From Deltaproteobacteria bacterium (GTDB lineage Bacteria; Myxococcota_A; UBA9042; DTJE01), in NCBI GenBank assembly GCA_029555025.1, contig JAKPTZ010000115.1, positions 24,898 through 88,897 of the forward strand: DNA of 64,000 nucleotides, read 5' to 3'. A program made the position numbers and the translations under genes. This document shows positions 36,587 through 45,835 of the stretch, piece after piece; the first letter of the stretch is position 1; each line of letters opens with the position of its first letter. The notes below the pieces were generated by a model. The model saw nothing but the letters and a program-made list of their open reading frames with translations. It was not told where the DNA came from and did no database searches.

Positions 36587-37201
36587 GTGGGGGTTGCATT
36601 GCGAGTCCAGAACGGATCAATCCTGGCTGTTCTGCCTTTGCTGGCGGTCATCGGGGCGTCGTGCGGCGGCAGTTCGGACGCCGATCTTGTCGAGGCTGCC
36701 TTTCTGGAGTTCCAGACCGGGCTTGCCGAGGCCAAGGGCGACGTACTCTGGGGCATCGTCGATGATTCCACCAGGACTTACTTCGAGGAACTGGCCAAGT
36801 CGATTCGCGAAACCTGTCGTCTTGTATCCGAGGCCTACCCTTCGGACGATCGCGCGGCAACGCTGCGATCCGTCGGCGGGGACATCCTGGCGTCGGCACG
36901 GGATGGAAAATCCCTGTTTGTTTATATGCTTGACGCGAGAAGGCTGGTTCCACCGAAGGATCCAGATTCCGCGAAGGTCCTGGAGATCAAGTTGAACGGC
37001 CGGGATGCGACCGTTGTGACCAGATCCGGCGAGGTCGTCGCATTTGCCAGGAACGCCGACGGCAAGTGGGGAACCAGGATGTTCCTGGAGGCCTTCCGGG
37101 AACTGCCGGCGATTGCCACGCTTAAGGACAACATACGGACGGCCCACGAGAACTGCCGGATGCTTGGAATCGACGTTGACGCTTACGTCACCGGCAAATG
37201 A
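36587..37201 (+). CDS. Hypothetical lipoprotein (start uncertain; GTG/TTG start likely)
   Basis: Lipobox LLAVIGASCGG. The ATG-initiated ORF at 36554 would overlap the upstream gene by 14 nt. Confidence 0.5.
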   Translation: MGVALRVQNGSILAVLPLLAVIGASCGGSSDADLVEAAFLEFQTGLAEAKGDVLWGIVDDSTRTYFEELAKSIRETCRLVSEAYPSDDRAATLRSVGGDILASARDGKSLFVYMLDARRLVPPKDPDSAKVLEIKLNGRDATVVTRSGEVVAFARNADGKWGTRMFLEAFRELPAIATLKDNIRTAHENCRMLGIDVDAYVTGK

Positions 37202-37231
37202 CGTCACGTCGCGTCGGGGCGGTATATCCAG

Positions 37232-38146
37232 TTGCAAAAGCCTTCATGCCTGCGACAGGGCGACACCGTAAGAATCATCGCCCCGGCTTCCCCCTTTTCA
37301 CGCCAGAAGTTCATGGCCGGTGTCACGATTCTTCGCGAGCTTGGGTTGAAGCCGGTCTGGCGTGACGACATCTTTTCTTCCTGCGATTATCTGGCCGGGG
37401 ACGATGCCCGTCGCGCCGGTGAAATGGTTCAGGCCTTTCGCGACCCTGACAGCGCCGCGGTCTTCCCTGCCCGGGGCGGGTTCGGGTGTGCCAGGACGTG
37501 CATCGCGATCGGAAACGAAGTCGAATTGCCGCCAAAACTGCTGGTCGGGTTTTCGGACATCACCGCGCTTCATGCATTTTTTGGTCGCAAGGGTGTTGTC
37601 ACCATTCATGGCCCGAACGTCACGACGCTGCCTTCGATGGAACCGGACACGCTTGAGCAGTATCGCAGAACCATCTTCGGCCTGGATCGTGGAAGGGATC
37701 AGGCATGGGACGGGCTTCGCCCCGTTACCCCGGGCAGGGCCGCGGGCAGCGTGCTTGCGGCGAATCTCACCGTTCTCGTTTCCCTGGCCGGGACGTCGCT
37801 TATGCCTGACCTTCGAGGCAGGATCCTGGTGCTGGAAGACCTGAACGAAAAGCCGTACAGGCTTGACAGGATGCTGTTCCAGCTTTCCCTTCAGCCGGGC
37901 TTCGGTCAGGTCGCCGCCGTCGTTTTCGGCGATTTCATGCTGGAAGGCGACGATATCCCCCTGTTTGAAAGGACGGTGGCAGGATTTGCGGGCAGGTGGG
38001 GCGTCCCCGTGGTGACCGGCTTCCCGCTGGGTCACGGGCGGGCCAACGACTGTATCGGGGAAGGTGTCGATGCCGAGCTCGACGCCGCCGACGGCCGGCT
38101 GGTTGCCCGGGCGCCGGTCAGCCCCCGGGGGCCGGTGAATTCATGA
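37232..38146 (+). CDS. ldcA: LD-carboxypeptidase (peptidase S66, LdcA-like)
   Basis: GFSDITALH nucleophile motif and an S66 fold pattern. Its stop overlaps the next start (ATGA). Confidence 0.75.
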   Translation: MQKPSCLRQGDTVRIIAPASPFSRQKFMAGVTILRELGLKPVWRDDIFSSCDYLAGDDARRAGEMVQAFRDPDSAAVFPARGGFGCARTCIAIGNEVELPPKLLVGFSDITALHAFFGRKGVVTIHGPNVTTLPSMEPDTLEQYRRTIFGLDRGRDQAWDGLRPVTPGRAAGSVLAANLTVLVSLAGTSLMPDLRGRILVLEDLNEKPYRLDRMLFQLSLQPGFGQVAAVVFGDFMLEGDDIPLFERTVAGFAGRWGVPVVTGFPLGHGRANDCIGEGVDAELDAADGRLVARAPVSPRGPVNS

Positions 38147-39285
38147 AGTTCGACGAAGTCGCGACGATACTTCAGTCGTTCACTGGTGTCGCTTGTCCGG
38201 GATATGCCTTCGAGGCCAGGCGGAACGGTGACGTCCTGGCCCGCATCTGCGGCGGCTTTTCGGCTGGCATCGGGTGTGGCGGGCGCAAGCCTGTTGACGA
38301 GGAAACGGTTTTCGACCTGGCGTCCCTGACCAAGCCCCTTTCGACGGCGCTGCTTGTGGCGATTCTTTGCGATCGCGATGCAGTCGTTCTTTCGACCACG
38401 CTTGACGACTTTTTCGGCGCGGATGACCTGGGCCACCAGTTGTCAGCCGGACAGATGTCGGCATGGCGGTCATGCGACGTTTCGGCCCTTCTGGGCCATC
38501 GTGCCGGATTCGTTCCATGGCTTCCTTTCGCGCGTGAACTTTCGGCCAGCCTGGGCATTTCGGCGGCTGGAAGTCCGCAGGCCGAGTCGGGCGTTATTCG
38601 GATGGCCCTGGACTCGCTGCCGGTGGAACCGTCCGATCGTATCGTCTATAGCGATGTCGGTTATATCCTGCTGGGCATGATCCTTGGCAGGGTCAGCGGC
38701 CGAAAAATCGCCGGGCTCTTTCATGACCTTGTGGCCGGGGAACTGGGGCTTGGTTCAACCGGATTCAGGCCGATTGTTCCCGTTGTCGGTTCGGTCCCGT
38801 CCGATGCCCGGTTTGCGGCAACAGCCTGGTGCGGAATGCGGGGGCGGATCCTGCAGGGCGAGGTGCATGACGACAATGCCTGGTTCCTTGGCGGCGCGGC
38901 CGGCCATGCCGGACTGTTTTCGACGATTTTCGGGACCGCATCGTTGGTCGATGAATGGATTAAGGCCATTCAGGGGCGATCCGCAATCCTTGGCAGGGAC
39001 ACGGCAAGACGGTTCGTGTTCGATGATTTCGGGCCTCGGGACGCGCTTCGCACACCCGGTTTCGACAGGCCGGCGGCCATCGGATCGAACGCGGGCGACC
39101 ATGCCCCGGCAGGCACCGTCGGTCACCTTGGATTCACGGGGACCTCTTTCTGGTTTGATCGAGATTCCGGCTTGTCGATTACCCTTCTTACGAACCGGGT
39201 AAACCCGGAAATGCATGGGCGCAAGGATGAAATCAAGGCCATGCGCAGGGCCGTCTATGATGCGGCCTGGAAGGCGCTTGCGTGA
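38143..39285 (+). CDS. Beta-lactamase-family serine hydrolase (class C/PBP-like)
   Basis: An SxxK motif (ASLTKPL) near the N-terminus and the later conserved HxGxxG region (HAGLFS). I chose the start at MKFDEV, which is coupled to ldcA. Confidence 0.7.
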   Translation: MKFDEVATILQSFTGVACPGYAFEARRNGDVLARICGGFSAGIGCGGRKPVDEETVFDLASLTKPLSTALLVAILCDRDAVVLSTTLDDFFGADDLGHQLSAGQMSAWRSCDVSALLGHRAGFVPWLPFARELSASLGISAAGSPQAESGVIRMALDSLPVEPSDRIVYSDVGYILLGMILGRVSGRKIAGLFHDLVAGELGLGSTGFRPIVPVVGSVPSDARFAATAWCGMRGRILQGEVHDDNAWFLGGAAGHAGLFSTIFGTASLVDEWIKAIQGRSAILGRDTARRFVFDDFGPRDALRTPGFDRPAAIGSNAGDHAPAGTVGHLGFTGTSFWFDRDSGLSITLLTNRVNPEMHGRKDEIKAMRRAVYDAAWKALA

Positions 39286-40853
39286 TCTGAAACGGCGTTT
39301 TTCCCCGTGGCCCCAAGTCCCCTGAATATCTGGCCGGAAAGGCCGCGTCCCGTTGTCGAGAGCGTGCGATAGACGATATTCGGTGCAAGCACCGATGTGA
39401 ATCTTGCCCCGGCCCTTTTCAGGGCGTGACCGTCCCTTCCTCCGGCGCGGGCGTACCTTGCGGCGCGCCGAACGATCGCAAGCGGCGAATAAATCTGCGA
39501 AATCATGCGTGAGTACGCGGTCTCCAGATCCAGCGCGTTCAGTCGATCCGGCTTGATGACGACGTGCGTGATGTCATAAAGCGACCAGTCGTCGCAAAGA
39601 ATGCGTTCGTCCCGATGAAGCTGGTAAAAAAGCGGTGTTCCGGGATAAGGGGTAAGGACGCTGACCTGTGGAATATCGACATGCCGCTCGATGAAGTCCA
39701 GGGTCGGCTGGAAGGTCTCGGGGCCATGTCCGTCAAGGCCCATTATGAAGCAGCCGATATTCGATATCCCGTGGTCGTGCAGAACTTCAAGCGATCTTGC
39801 GTAAGTATCTGATTTCATGCTCGCCTTTCCAAGTCGTCCCAGGCCTGCCGGGCTCACCGTCTCAAGGCCGACAAGAAGGGTGTGACAACCGGACTCGGCC
39901 ATCATCGCAACAAGGCCGGGATCCTGGCCGACCGTGATTTCCCCCTGTCCGACCCACGTGATTCCAAGAGGCTTCAGGGCCAGAAAAAGGCTGCGCGCAT
40001 ATCGGGTGTCCCGGATGCCGTTTCTGTGGTCGCTGTCCGAGACGATGTTGTTGTCGGTGAAGAACACGGTCTGGTCGGGGCCGATGACTCCATTTGCCTT
40101 CAGCGTCCGGATTTCGTCCGCAATTTCGGCCACCGGCCGGTGGCGCCTTGCCGCGCCCTGGAACCTGGTCGTCGAGCAGAAAGCGCATGCGTTCCTGCAG
40201 CCGCGACTTGTCTGCACCGGCACGACCCACTGGGCGTATGGAACCGCTTTTCCCGTCCGCCTGGTTCTTCCCGGACCTTTCACAAGGGGGGTAACCCCGA
40301 GTTCCCACGCCGGAACCGGCAGCCCTTCAAGCGTGGTTCCGTGCCCACCGTCATAGATTGGTGCAGGCGTTCCGGAGTCGTAGTCGTCAAGCATCCGGCC
40401 AAGGATCGTCTCGGCTTCCCCCCGTGCCACAGAGTCCGCGTGGGCAAGGCATTCTTCCGGCATGACCGAAGGGTGGATGCCGCCCATGACCACCTTCACG
40501 CCAAAGTGCCTTGCACGATCGGCGACACGGAAAGTCGCCGGTGCGTTCGATGTCGAAACGGTGAACATCGCCATATCGACGTCCCAGTTCCAGCCGGAAA
40601 AGCCTGCCTCCGGTTCGTCGACAAGGATGTACTCGCGCCTGATTCCCCGGGCGGCATCGGCCTTGCCGCACAGTGCTGCAATGTATGGAAGCGCCATTGC
40701 CGGCATGTACGTCCGGCCTTTTCCGGCCTTGACCAGCCTTCCGATGCGCGAAAGCCCGAGAACGGGCGACAGCGCCGTTACAAGCGCCGACGGCGCGAAT
40801 TCAACGTCCTGGCTGCCCCTGACCCTTACGATTGCGATTTTTTTCAATTTCAT
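39255..40853 (-). CDS. B12-binding-domain radical SAM enzyme (class B)
   Basis: An N-terminal cobalamin-binding-like domain, then TSRGCRNACAFCS (CxxxCxxC) and a radical SAM core. Confidence 0.75.
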   Translation of the reverse strand: MKLKKIAIVRVRGSQDVEFAPSALVTALSPVLGLSRIGRLVKAGKGRTYMPAMALPYIAALCGKADAARGIRREYILVDEPEAGFSGWNWDVDMAMFTVSTSNAPATFRVADRARHFGVKVVMGGIHPSVMPEECLAHADSVARGEAETILGRMLDDYDSGTPAPIYDGGHGTTLEGLPVPAWELGVTPLVKGPGRTRRTGKAVPYAQWVVPVQTSRGCRNACAFCSTTRFQGAARRHRPVAEIADEIRTLKANGVIGPDQTVFFTDNNIVSDSDHRNGIRDTRYARSLFLALKPLGITWVGQGEITVGQDPGLVAMMAESGCHTLLVGLETVSPAGLGRLGKASMKSDTYARSLEVLHDHGISNIGCFIMGLDGHGPETFQPTLDFIERHVDIPQVSVLTPYPGTPLFYQLHRDERILCDDWSLYDITHVVIKPDRLNALDLETAYSRMISQIYSPLAIVRRAARYARAGGRDGHALKRAGARFTSVLAPNIVYRTLSTTGRGLSGQIFRGLGATGKNAVSDHASAFQAAS

Positions 40854-40996
40854 GATGACATCCCCTGTGCGTGGTGGTCCTTGCCGCCACGACCGCGTCA
40901 ATGGCGGTCGAGTCCATGTACAGAGTCTGGATCTTCGATGTCATCGACGTGTCACGGGATGTCCGGATTGTGCGCGATGGCGGACGGATCCGCGGC

Positions 40997-41707
40997 TTAT
41001 GGCCTGCCGCCGGGCCTGAACATGTATCCGGCACCGAATACCGTCACGAAGAATTCAGGGTCGGTCGGGTCGGTTTCAAGGCTGGCCCTGATTGCCCGGA
41101 TGAAGTTATCGACGGTCCGTTCGGTTCCCTCGTAGTCCCATCCCCAGACCGCCTTCAGGATCTGGTCCCTTGAAAAGACGTGATCGGGATGGGTTGCCAG
41201 GAACATCGCGAGATCGAATTCCCTGGCCGACATTTCCTTCGGGATTCCAGCCTTCTGCGCGGTTCGCGACGCGGGATCAAGCACGACGTCCTTGAATGTC
41301 ACAGGTCTTGCCGCGTGTTCGGCGCGTTCCAGTCGAAGGCGCCGCAGCAGGGCGTTGACCCGGGCCACAAGCTCCCGAACCGAGAACGGCTTCGTCATGT
41401 AATCGTCGGCGCCCAGGCCAAGTCCGCGCACCTTGTCTTCGTCGGTTCCCCTGGCGGTCAGCATCATGATCCGGAGTTCAAGGCCGGCGCGCCTGATTTC
41501 TGCCAGGACGTCGAATCCGTTCATTCCCGGAAGACCCACGTCAAGGATCACAAGATCGGGACGTTCGCTGAAGGCAAGGGTCAGGCCCTTGTCACCGTCC
41601 CGGGCGATCAGCACGTCGAAGCCTTCGTACTTCAGGTTGTGGACAAGGCCCATCGCCAGCGATGCGTCGTCCTCGATAACCAGGATCTTTTCAAGTTGCG
41701 GTTTCAT
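40997..41707 (-). CDS. OmpR/PhoB-family response regulator
   Basis: REC domain (LVILDVGLPGMNG) plus a winged-helix output domain. It is coupled to the upstream HK by a 4-nt overlap. Confidence 0.85.
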   Translation of the reverse strand: MKPQLEKILVIEDDASLAMGLVHNLKYEGFDVLIARDGDKGLTLAFSERPDLVILDVGLPGMNGFDVLAEIRRAGLELRIMMLTARGTDEDKVRGLGLGADDYMTKPFSVRELVARVNALLRRLRLERAEHAARPVTFKDVVLDPASRTAQKAGIPKEMSAREFDLAMFLATHPDHVFSRDQILKAVWGWDYEGTERTVDNFIRAIRASLETDPTDPEFFVTVFGAGYMFRPGGRP

Positions 41708-42729
41708 TCATGTTCACCGTGGCCCTGGCAAGCAGCGGTTTCGCCGCTGTCGGCCTGGTGCGCCGGAAGCGTCAACCTGAAGGTTGCCCCGCCCCCCGGA
41801 GTGTCTTCAACGGTCACAATCCCGCCGGACGCCCGGGCGAATCCGCGAACTATCGACAGGCCGAGCCCCAGTCCGGGAACGTCGGTCTGGCTTGCGGCCT
41901 TTCCGCGGCAGAAGCGGTCGAAAATCATGCTGGTCTCGTCAGACGCCACCCCGGGGCCCTGGTCGGCAACCGAAATGACGACCTCGCCGAACGGCGCAAG
42001 GACTTCGTGAAGCCGGACACCGGGAAAGAAAACCTCGATTCCGACGCGCACCGGCTTTTCGTGATTCGCCCGTCCGTGCGTAAGGGCATTTGAGACCATG
42101 TTGACGACTGCCCCGGCAAACGCGTCGAAATCGACCGATACGTTGTCATTGCATGGGCCTTTGATGTCATGCGCCGCAAGAAGGACGACCGAATCCCTTG
42201 TGGCCGGGGACGCCAGGATTCCGGCCAGCGCGTTTTTGACAAGTTCCGATGCGCACCCGCTTGTCGCCGCGTTGGGGGCGGCCTTTCCCGATTCCCGGTC
42301 CGCCGACAGTTCGTAACCGACCGCCTTTTCCACCAGCGACGAAAGACGGCGCGATTCGATCTCCAGCATCTGCAGAAATTCGCGGCGTTCGTCTTCCGAA
42401 TGGAACCTTTCGTCCCTCAGGGTTTCGATGCCCATCCGGATGGATGCCATCGGGGTGCGCAGTTCATGGCTGACGAACGCGATGAAGTCGGCCTGGGCCC
42501 GCGCCATCCTGTTCTGACGAAGAAGAAGCCCCAGGCTGGTGAACGTGCCGGCGATGACGGCAAGACCCATCACGATGACAAGGACGCCAAGCGCGATGTC
42601 CCCGGCCTGGCGCCAGAACACAAGGACAAGTATGCCTGCCACCGCGGATCCGGCGGCTGGAAGCAGCACGGATCCGAAAAGCAGCCACGGAATCGCCCTT
42701 ATGACGGCAGCCCTGAAAGCACCGGCCAT
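41704..42729 (-). CDS. Sensor histidine kinase (2 TM, HisKA + HATPase_c)
   Basis: H-box FVSHELRTPMASI, and the N and G boxes (DQGPGVASDE, GLGLGLSIV). Confidence 0.8.
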   Translation of the reverse strand: MAGAFRAAVIRAIPWLLFGSVLLPAAGSAVAGILVLVFWRQAGDIALGVLVIVMGLAVIAGTFTSLGLLLRQNRMARAQADFIAFVSHELRTPMASIRMGIETLRDERFHSEDERREFLQMLEIESRRLSSLVEKAVGYELSADRESGKAAPNAATSGCASELVKNALAGILASPATRDSVVLLAAHDIKGPCNDNVSVDFDAFAGAVVNMVSNALTHGRANHEKPVRVGIEVFFPGVRLHEVLAPFGEVVISVADQGPGVASDETSMIFDRFCRGKAASQTDVPGLGLGLSIVRGFARASGGIVTVEDTPGGGATFRLTLPAHQADSGETAACQGHGEHE

Positions 42730-42838
42730 GCCATACCCCCGCCAGCAATCATCCCGCACCGATGTCATGCAATTGTAACCGGGCCGGCGGAAATGCCGTA
42801 GTGCGGAGCTTCAGGGATTGGGGCAGGAGTGCTGAACC

Positions 42839-42942
42839 GCTGCGGGCGGATGTAATCCGCCCATACAGGGACAGTCGTGCCAGGCGCTGCGGGCGGATGT
42901 AATCCGCCCATACAAGGCGTACGGGCGAATGAAAATTCGCCC
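42839..42942. repeat. Two 29-bp direct repeats (42839-42867, 42886-42914), each holding a 7-bp-stem hairpin GGGCGGA-TGTAA-TCCGCCC, plus a third hairpin GGGCGAAT-GAAA-ATTCGCCC (42923-42942) in a divergent intergenic region
   Basis: Read directly from the sequence. The region lies between the HK start (42729) and the CNNM start (42965). Confidence 0.6.
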
Positions 42943-42964
42943 GGGGCGGTGACGTTGACCGCTG

Positions 42965-44329
42965 GTGCCTGACGGTGATAGCATTGACACGACTGAGTAC
43001 GGGGGCAGCCTGCAACGCGTGGGCCCTACTGAATTTCAACTTCTTGTCGTTTTTATCCTGATCCTGCTTTCCGCGCTGGCATCGGCCACCGAGACCGCAT
43101 TGTTGTCCCTTGGGCAGGCCGACATTCATGCCATTCTGAAGGTGGAAAAGCGCAGGTCGCGCATGCTCGCCTGGTGGGATGAAGACCCGAACCGGGTGTT
43201 GACGGCCATCCTTATCACAAACAACCTGATTAACATCCTGGCCTCGTCGCTGGCGACCGGCATTACGCAGGACTACCTGCACCGGATGGGCGTCGATGCC
43301 TCGATTGGACTTGGTGTCGCGGTGGCGGTCGGCGTCATGACGTTCATGATCGTGATGTTTGGCGAAGTAGTGCCGAAGACGTTCGCCAGGAACAATCCCA
43401 GGTCGATGCTGCCTTTCCTTCCTTTGATGTGGCTTCTTTGCAAGTTGTTTTCGATGCCGGCACTGGCCCTGCAGCGCGCCAGCAGTCGTTTCATCAGGGC
43501 GGTCGGCGGGTCGGTCGACAACCGTGAAAAGGTGACCGAGGCCCAGATCGATTCGCTTATCCGCATCGGGGCCGAGCAGGGCTCGCTGGCCGGCGAAACC
43601 GGCGACCTTCTTTCGTCGGTGATGGAATTTTCGGAAACCCGATCCATGGAAATCATGGTTCCAAGAACCGACGTCGTGGCGTTCGAAGTCAACGATTCCC
43701 TTCAGGAAGTGCTTCGCGTGATGAACGAGCAGAAGTACTCGCGCTATCCGGTCTATGAGGAAGACCTGGACACTATACTGGGCATCCTCACCACCAAGGA
43801 CGTGCTCGAGTTCCTGTCGAAAGGCCCCGAGGGCAAGTTCAGCGTCCGCGAAATGGCCATGCGCCACAAGGCGATGATATTCCCGGAAGTGATCAAGATT
43901 GGCGCGCTGCTGAAGGATATGCAGAAGGAGCGCGTGCAGATGGCCTTCGCGTTCGACGAGTTTGGCGGGATGGCCGGCATCGTGACCGTCGAGGACATTG
44001 TCGAGGAAATCGTCGGCGAGATCTGGGATGAACACGAAAAGGCCGAGGAGCCGGTCAAGTCTTCGGCCGATGGATCCTGGATCGTCAAGGGCAGGGCGGC
44101 CGTCGAGGAACTTGCCGAGGAAACGGGCATCGAGATTCCCGATCAGGATCTGTACGAGACGGTCGGGGGAATGGTGATGACCCTGGCCGGCAAGGTTCCG
44201 TTGAAGGGCGACAGGGTTTCCTTTGCCGGTTTCGAGTTCGAGGTGCTGGATCGAACCAGGACCAGGGTGATATGCCTTTCGGTTCGAAAGGTTCCGGACA
44301 CCGGACAGGATCCGGATGAGCAGGACTGA
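42965..44329 (+). CDS. CNNM/TlyC/CorC-family transporter (DUF21 + CBS pair + CorC_HlyC)
   Basis: An N-terminal 4-TM DUF21 region, tandem CBS domains and a C-terminal transporter-associated domain. Confidence 0.8.
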   Translation: MPDGDSIDTTEYGGSLQRVGPTEFQLLVVFILILLSALASATETALLSLGQADIHAILKVEKRRSRMLAWWDEDPNRVLTAILITNNLINILASSLATGITQDYLHRMGVDASIGLGVAVAVGVMTFMIVMFGEVVPKTFARNNPRSMLPFLPLMWLLCKLFSMPALALQRASSRFIRAVGGSVDNREKVTEAQIDSLIRIGAEQGSLAGETGDLLSSVMEFSETRSMEIMVPRTDVVAFEVNDSLQEVLRVMNEQKYSRYPVYEEDLDTILGILTTKDVLEFLSKGPEGKFSVREMAMRHKAMIFPEVIKIGALLKDMQKERVQMAFAFDEFGGMAGIVTVEDIVEEIVGEIWDEHEKAEEPVKSSADGSWIVKGRAAVEELAEETGIEIPDQDLYETVGGMVMTLAGKVPLKGDRVSFAGFEFEVLDRTRTRVICLSVRKVPDTGQDPDEQD

Positions 44330-44380
44330 CGGCGGCGTCGCGGGGGCGGGCCGCATCTTTCATTTTCTTCCTGGTGAATC

Positions 44381-45697
44381 ATGAAAGTCGGTGTTATCGG
44401 TACCGGGTATGTTGGGCTTGTGCTTGGCGCGGGGCTTGCCGAAACCGGGAATCACGTCATCTGCGGCGATATTGATGCCGAAAAGATCCGGATTCTTAAC
44501 GAGGGCGGCATCCCGATATGGGAGCCCGGCCTTGACGGCATGGTGCTGCGTAATCGCGAAAAAGGCCGGTTGCGCTTCACGACGGACATCCAGGGGCTTG
44601 TCCGGGACTCCACCGTCGTGTTCATTGCAGTCGGAACCCCACCGCAGGAAGACGGAAGCGCCGATCTTCACCATGTGCTGGGGTGCGCGCAGACGATTGC
44701 CACGACGATGGACGGTTATCGACTGATTGTGGTCAAGTCAACGGTGCCGGTCGGGACGTGCGACAAGGTTCGCGATATTGTTGCCGCAAACACGACACAT
44801 CCGTTCGATATCGCGTCCAATCCGGAATTCCTGAAGGAGGGGGATGCGATCCAGGACATGATGAAGCCCGATCGCATCGTGTGCGGCGTCGATTCGCCGC
44901 GTGCCCGTGAGCTTCTGGAAGACGTCTATCAGACGTTCATGAGAACCGGAAATCCAATCCTTTTCATGGACGTGAAATCGTCCGAAATGACCAAATACGC
45001 CAGCAACGCAATGCTCGCGACCAGGATTTCCTTCATGAACGAGATGGCCGCCCTCTGTGATTCGCTGGGTGCCGATATCGACTGCGTTCGGCGCGGGATG
45101 GGCGCGGATCCCAGGATTGGTTCGAAATTCCTTTTTGCCGGCGTGGGATACGGTGGATCGTGTTTTCCCAAGGACGTAAAGGCCCTGGCATCGACCGGCC
45201 GTGAATGCGGTCTTCCCATGAAGGTGCTCAACGCGGTCGAGGAAGTGAACGCGGCGCAGAAGAGGCTTCTTGTGGAAAAAGTCGTCGGTCATTTCGGGCC
45301 GGATCTTTCCGGGTTGAAGCTGGCGGTCTGGGGGTTGGCCTTCAAGCCGAATACCGACGACATGCGCGAGGCCCCGTCGATTGAAGTGATTTCAGGTCTT
45401 ACGGAGTTGGGCGCGACCGTTTCGGCTTACGACCCCGTTGCTTTGACGACTGCGGCACGTGTTCCGGAAATTGGCGGCAATCGAGGCTGCACGATAGTGA
45501 CGACATGCGCCGAGGACGCCCTCGACGGCGCGGACGCGCTTCTTCTGGTGACTGAATGGGGCGAGTTCAGGAATCCGGATTTCGACGAACTGAAACGTCG
45601 AATGAAGGGTAACGTCATCTTTGACGGGCGAAACATATTCGATTCGTGCCGCGTCAGGGATGCCGGGTTCCGTTATTACAGCATCGGCCGCCCCTGA
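44381..45697 (+). CDS. ugd: UDP-glucose 6-dehydrogenase / nucleotide-sugar dehydrogenase
   Basis: MKVGVIGTGYVG Rossmann motif and a catalytic Cys region GGSCFPKD. Confidence 0.85.
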   Translation: MKVGVIGTGYVGLVLGAGLAETGNHVICGDIDAEKIRILNEGGIPIWEPGLDGMVLRNREKGRLRFTTDIQGLVRDSTVVFIAVGTPPQEDGSADLHHVLGCAQTIATTMDGYRLIVVKSTVPVGTCDKVRDIVAANTTHPFDIASNPEFLKEGDAIQDMMKPDRIVCGVDSPRARELLEDVYQTFMRTGNPILFMDVKSSEMTKYASNAMLATRISFMNEMAALCDSLGADIDCVRRGMGADPRIGSKFLFAGVGYGGSCFPKDVKALASTGRECGLPMKVLNAVEEVNAAQKRLLVEKVVGHFGPDLSGLKLAVWGLAFKPNTDDMREAPSIEVISGLTELGATVSAYDPVALTTAARVPEIGGNRGCTIVTTCAEDALDGADALLLVTEWGEFRNPDFDELKRRMKGNVIFDGRNIFDSCRVRDAGFRYYSIGRP

Positions 45698-45835
45698 CAT
45701 ATCCTGAAATCTGTTCACCCCCGGCCGGGCATTACTCCAGCTCGACGATTCCTGATTCCAGTCCGTGAAGACGGTTTGAAACGACTTAAGTGGCCGGGAT
45801 TACACAGGGATGCGATTTGGATCGGGCCGGTGCGG

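Noticed and set aside
35527-36771. 414-aa minus-strand ORF overlapping the 3' end of the Cys-repeat lipoprotein and the next lipoprotein
   Set aside because: Antisense artefact spanning two plus-strand genes.
42749-44356. 535-aa minus-strand ORF antisense to the CNNM/TlyC transporter gene
   Set aside because: His/Arg/Gly-rich with no domain. The plus-strand gene has DUF21, CBS and CorC architecture.
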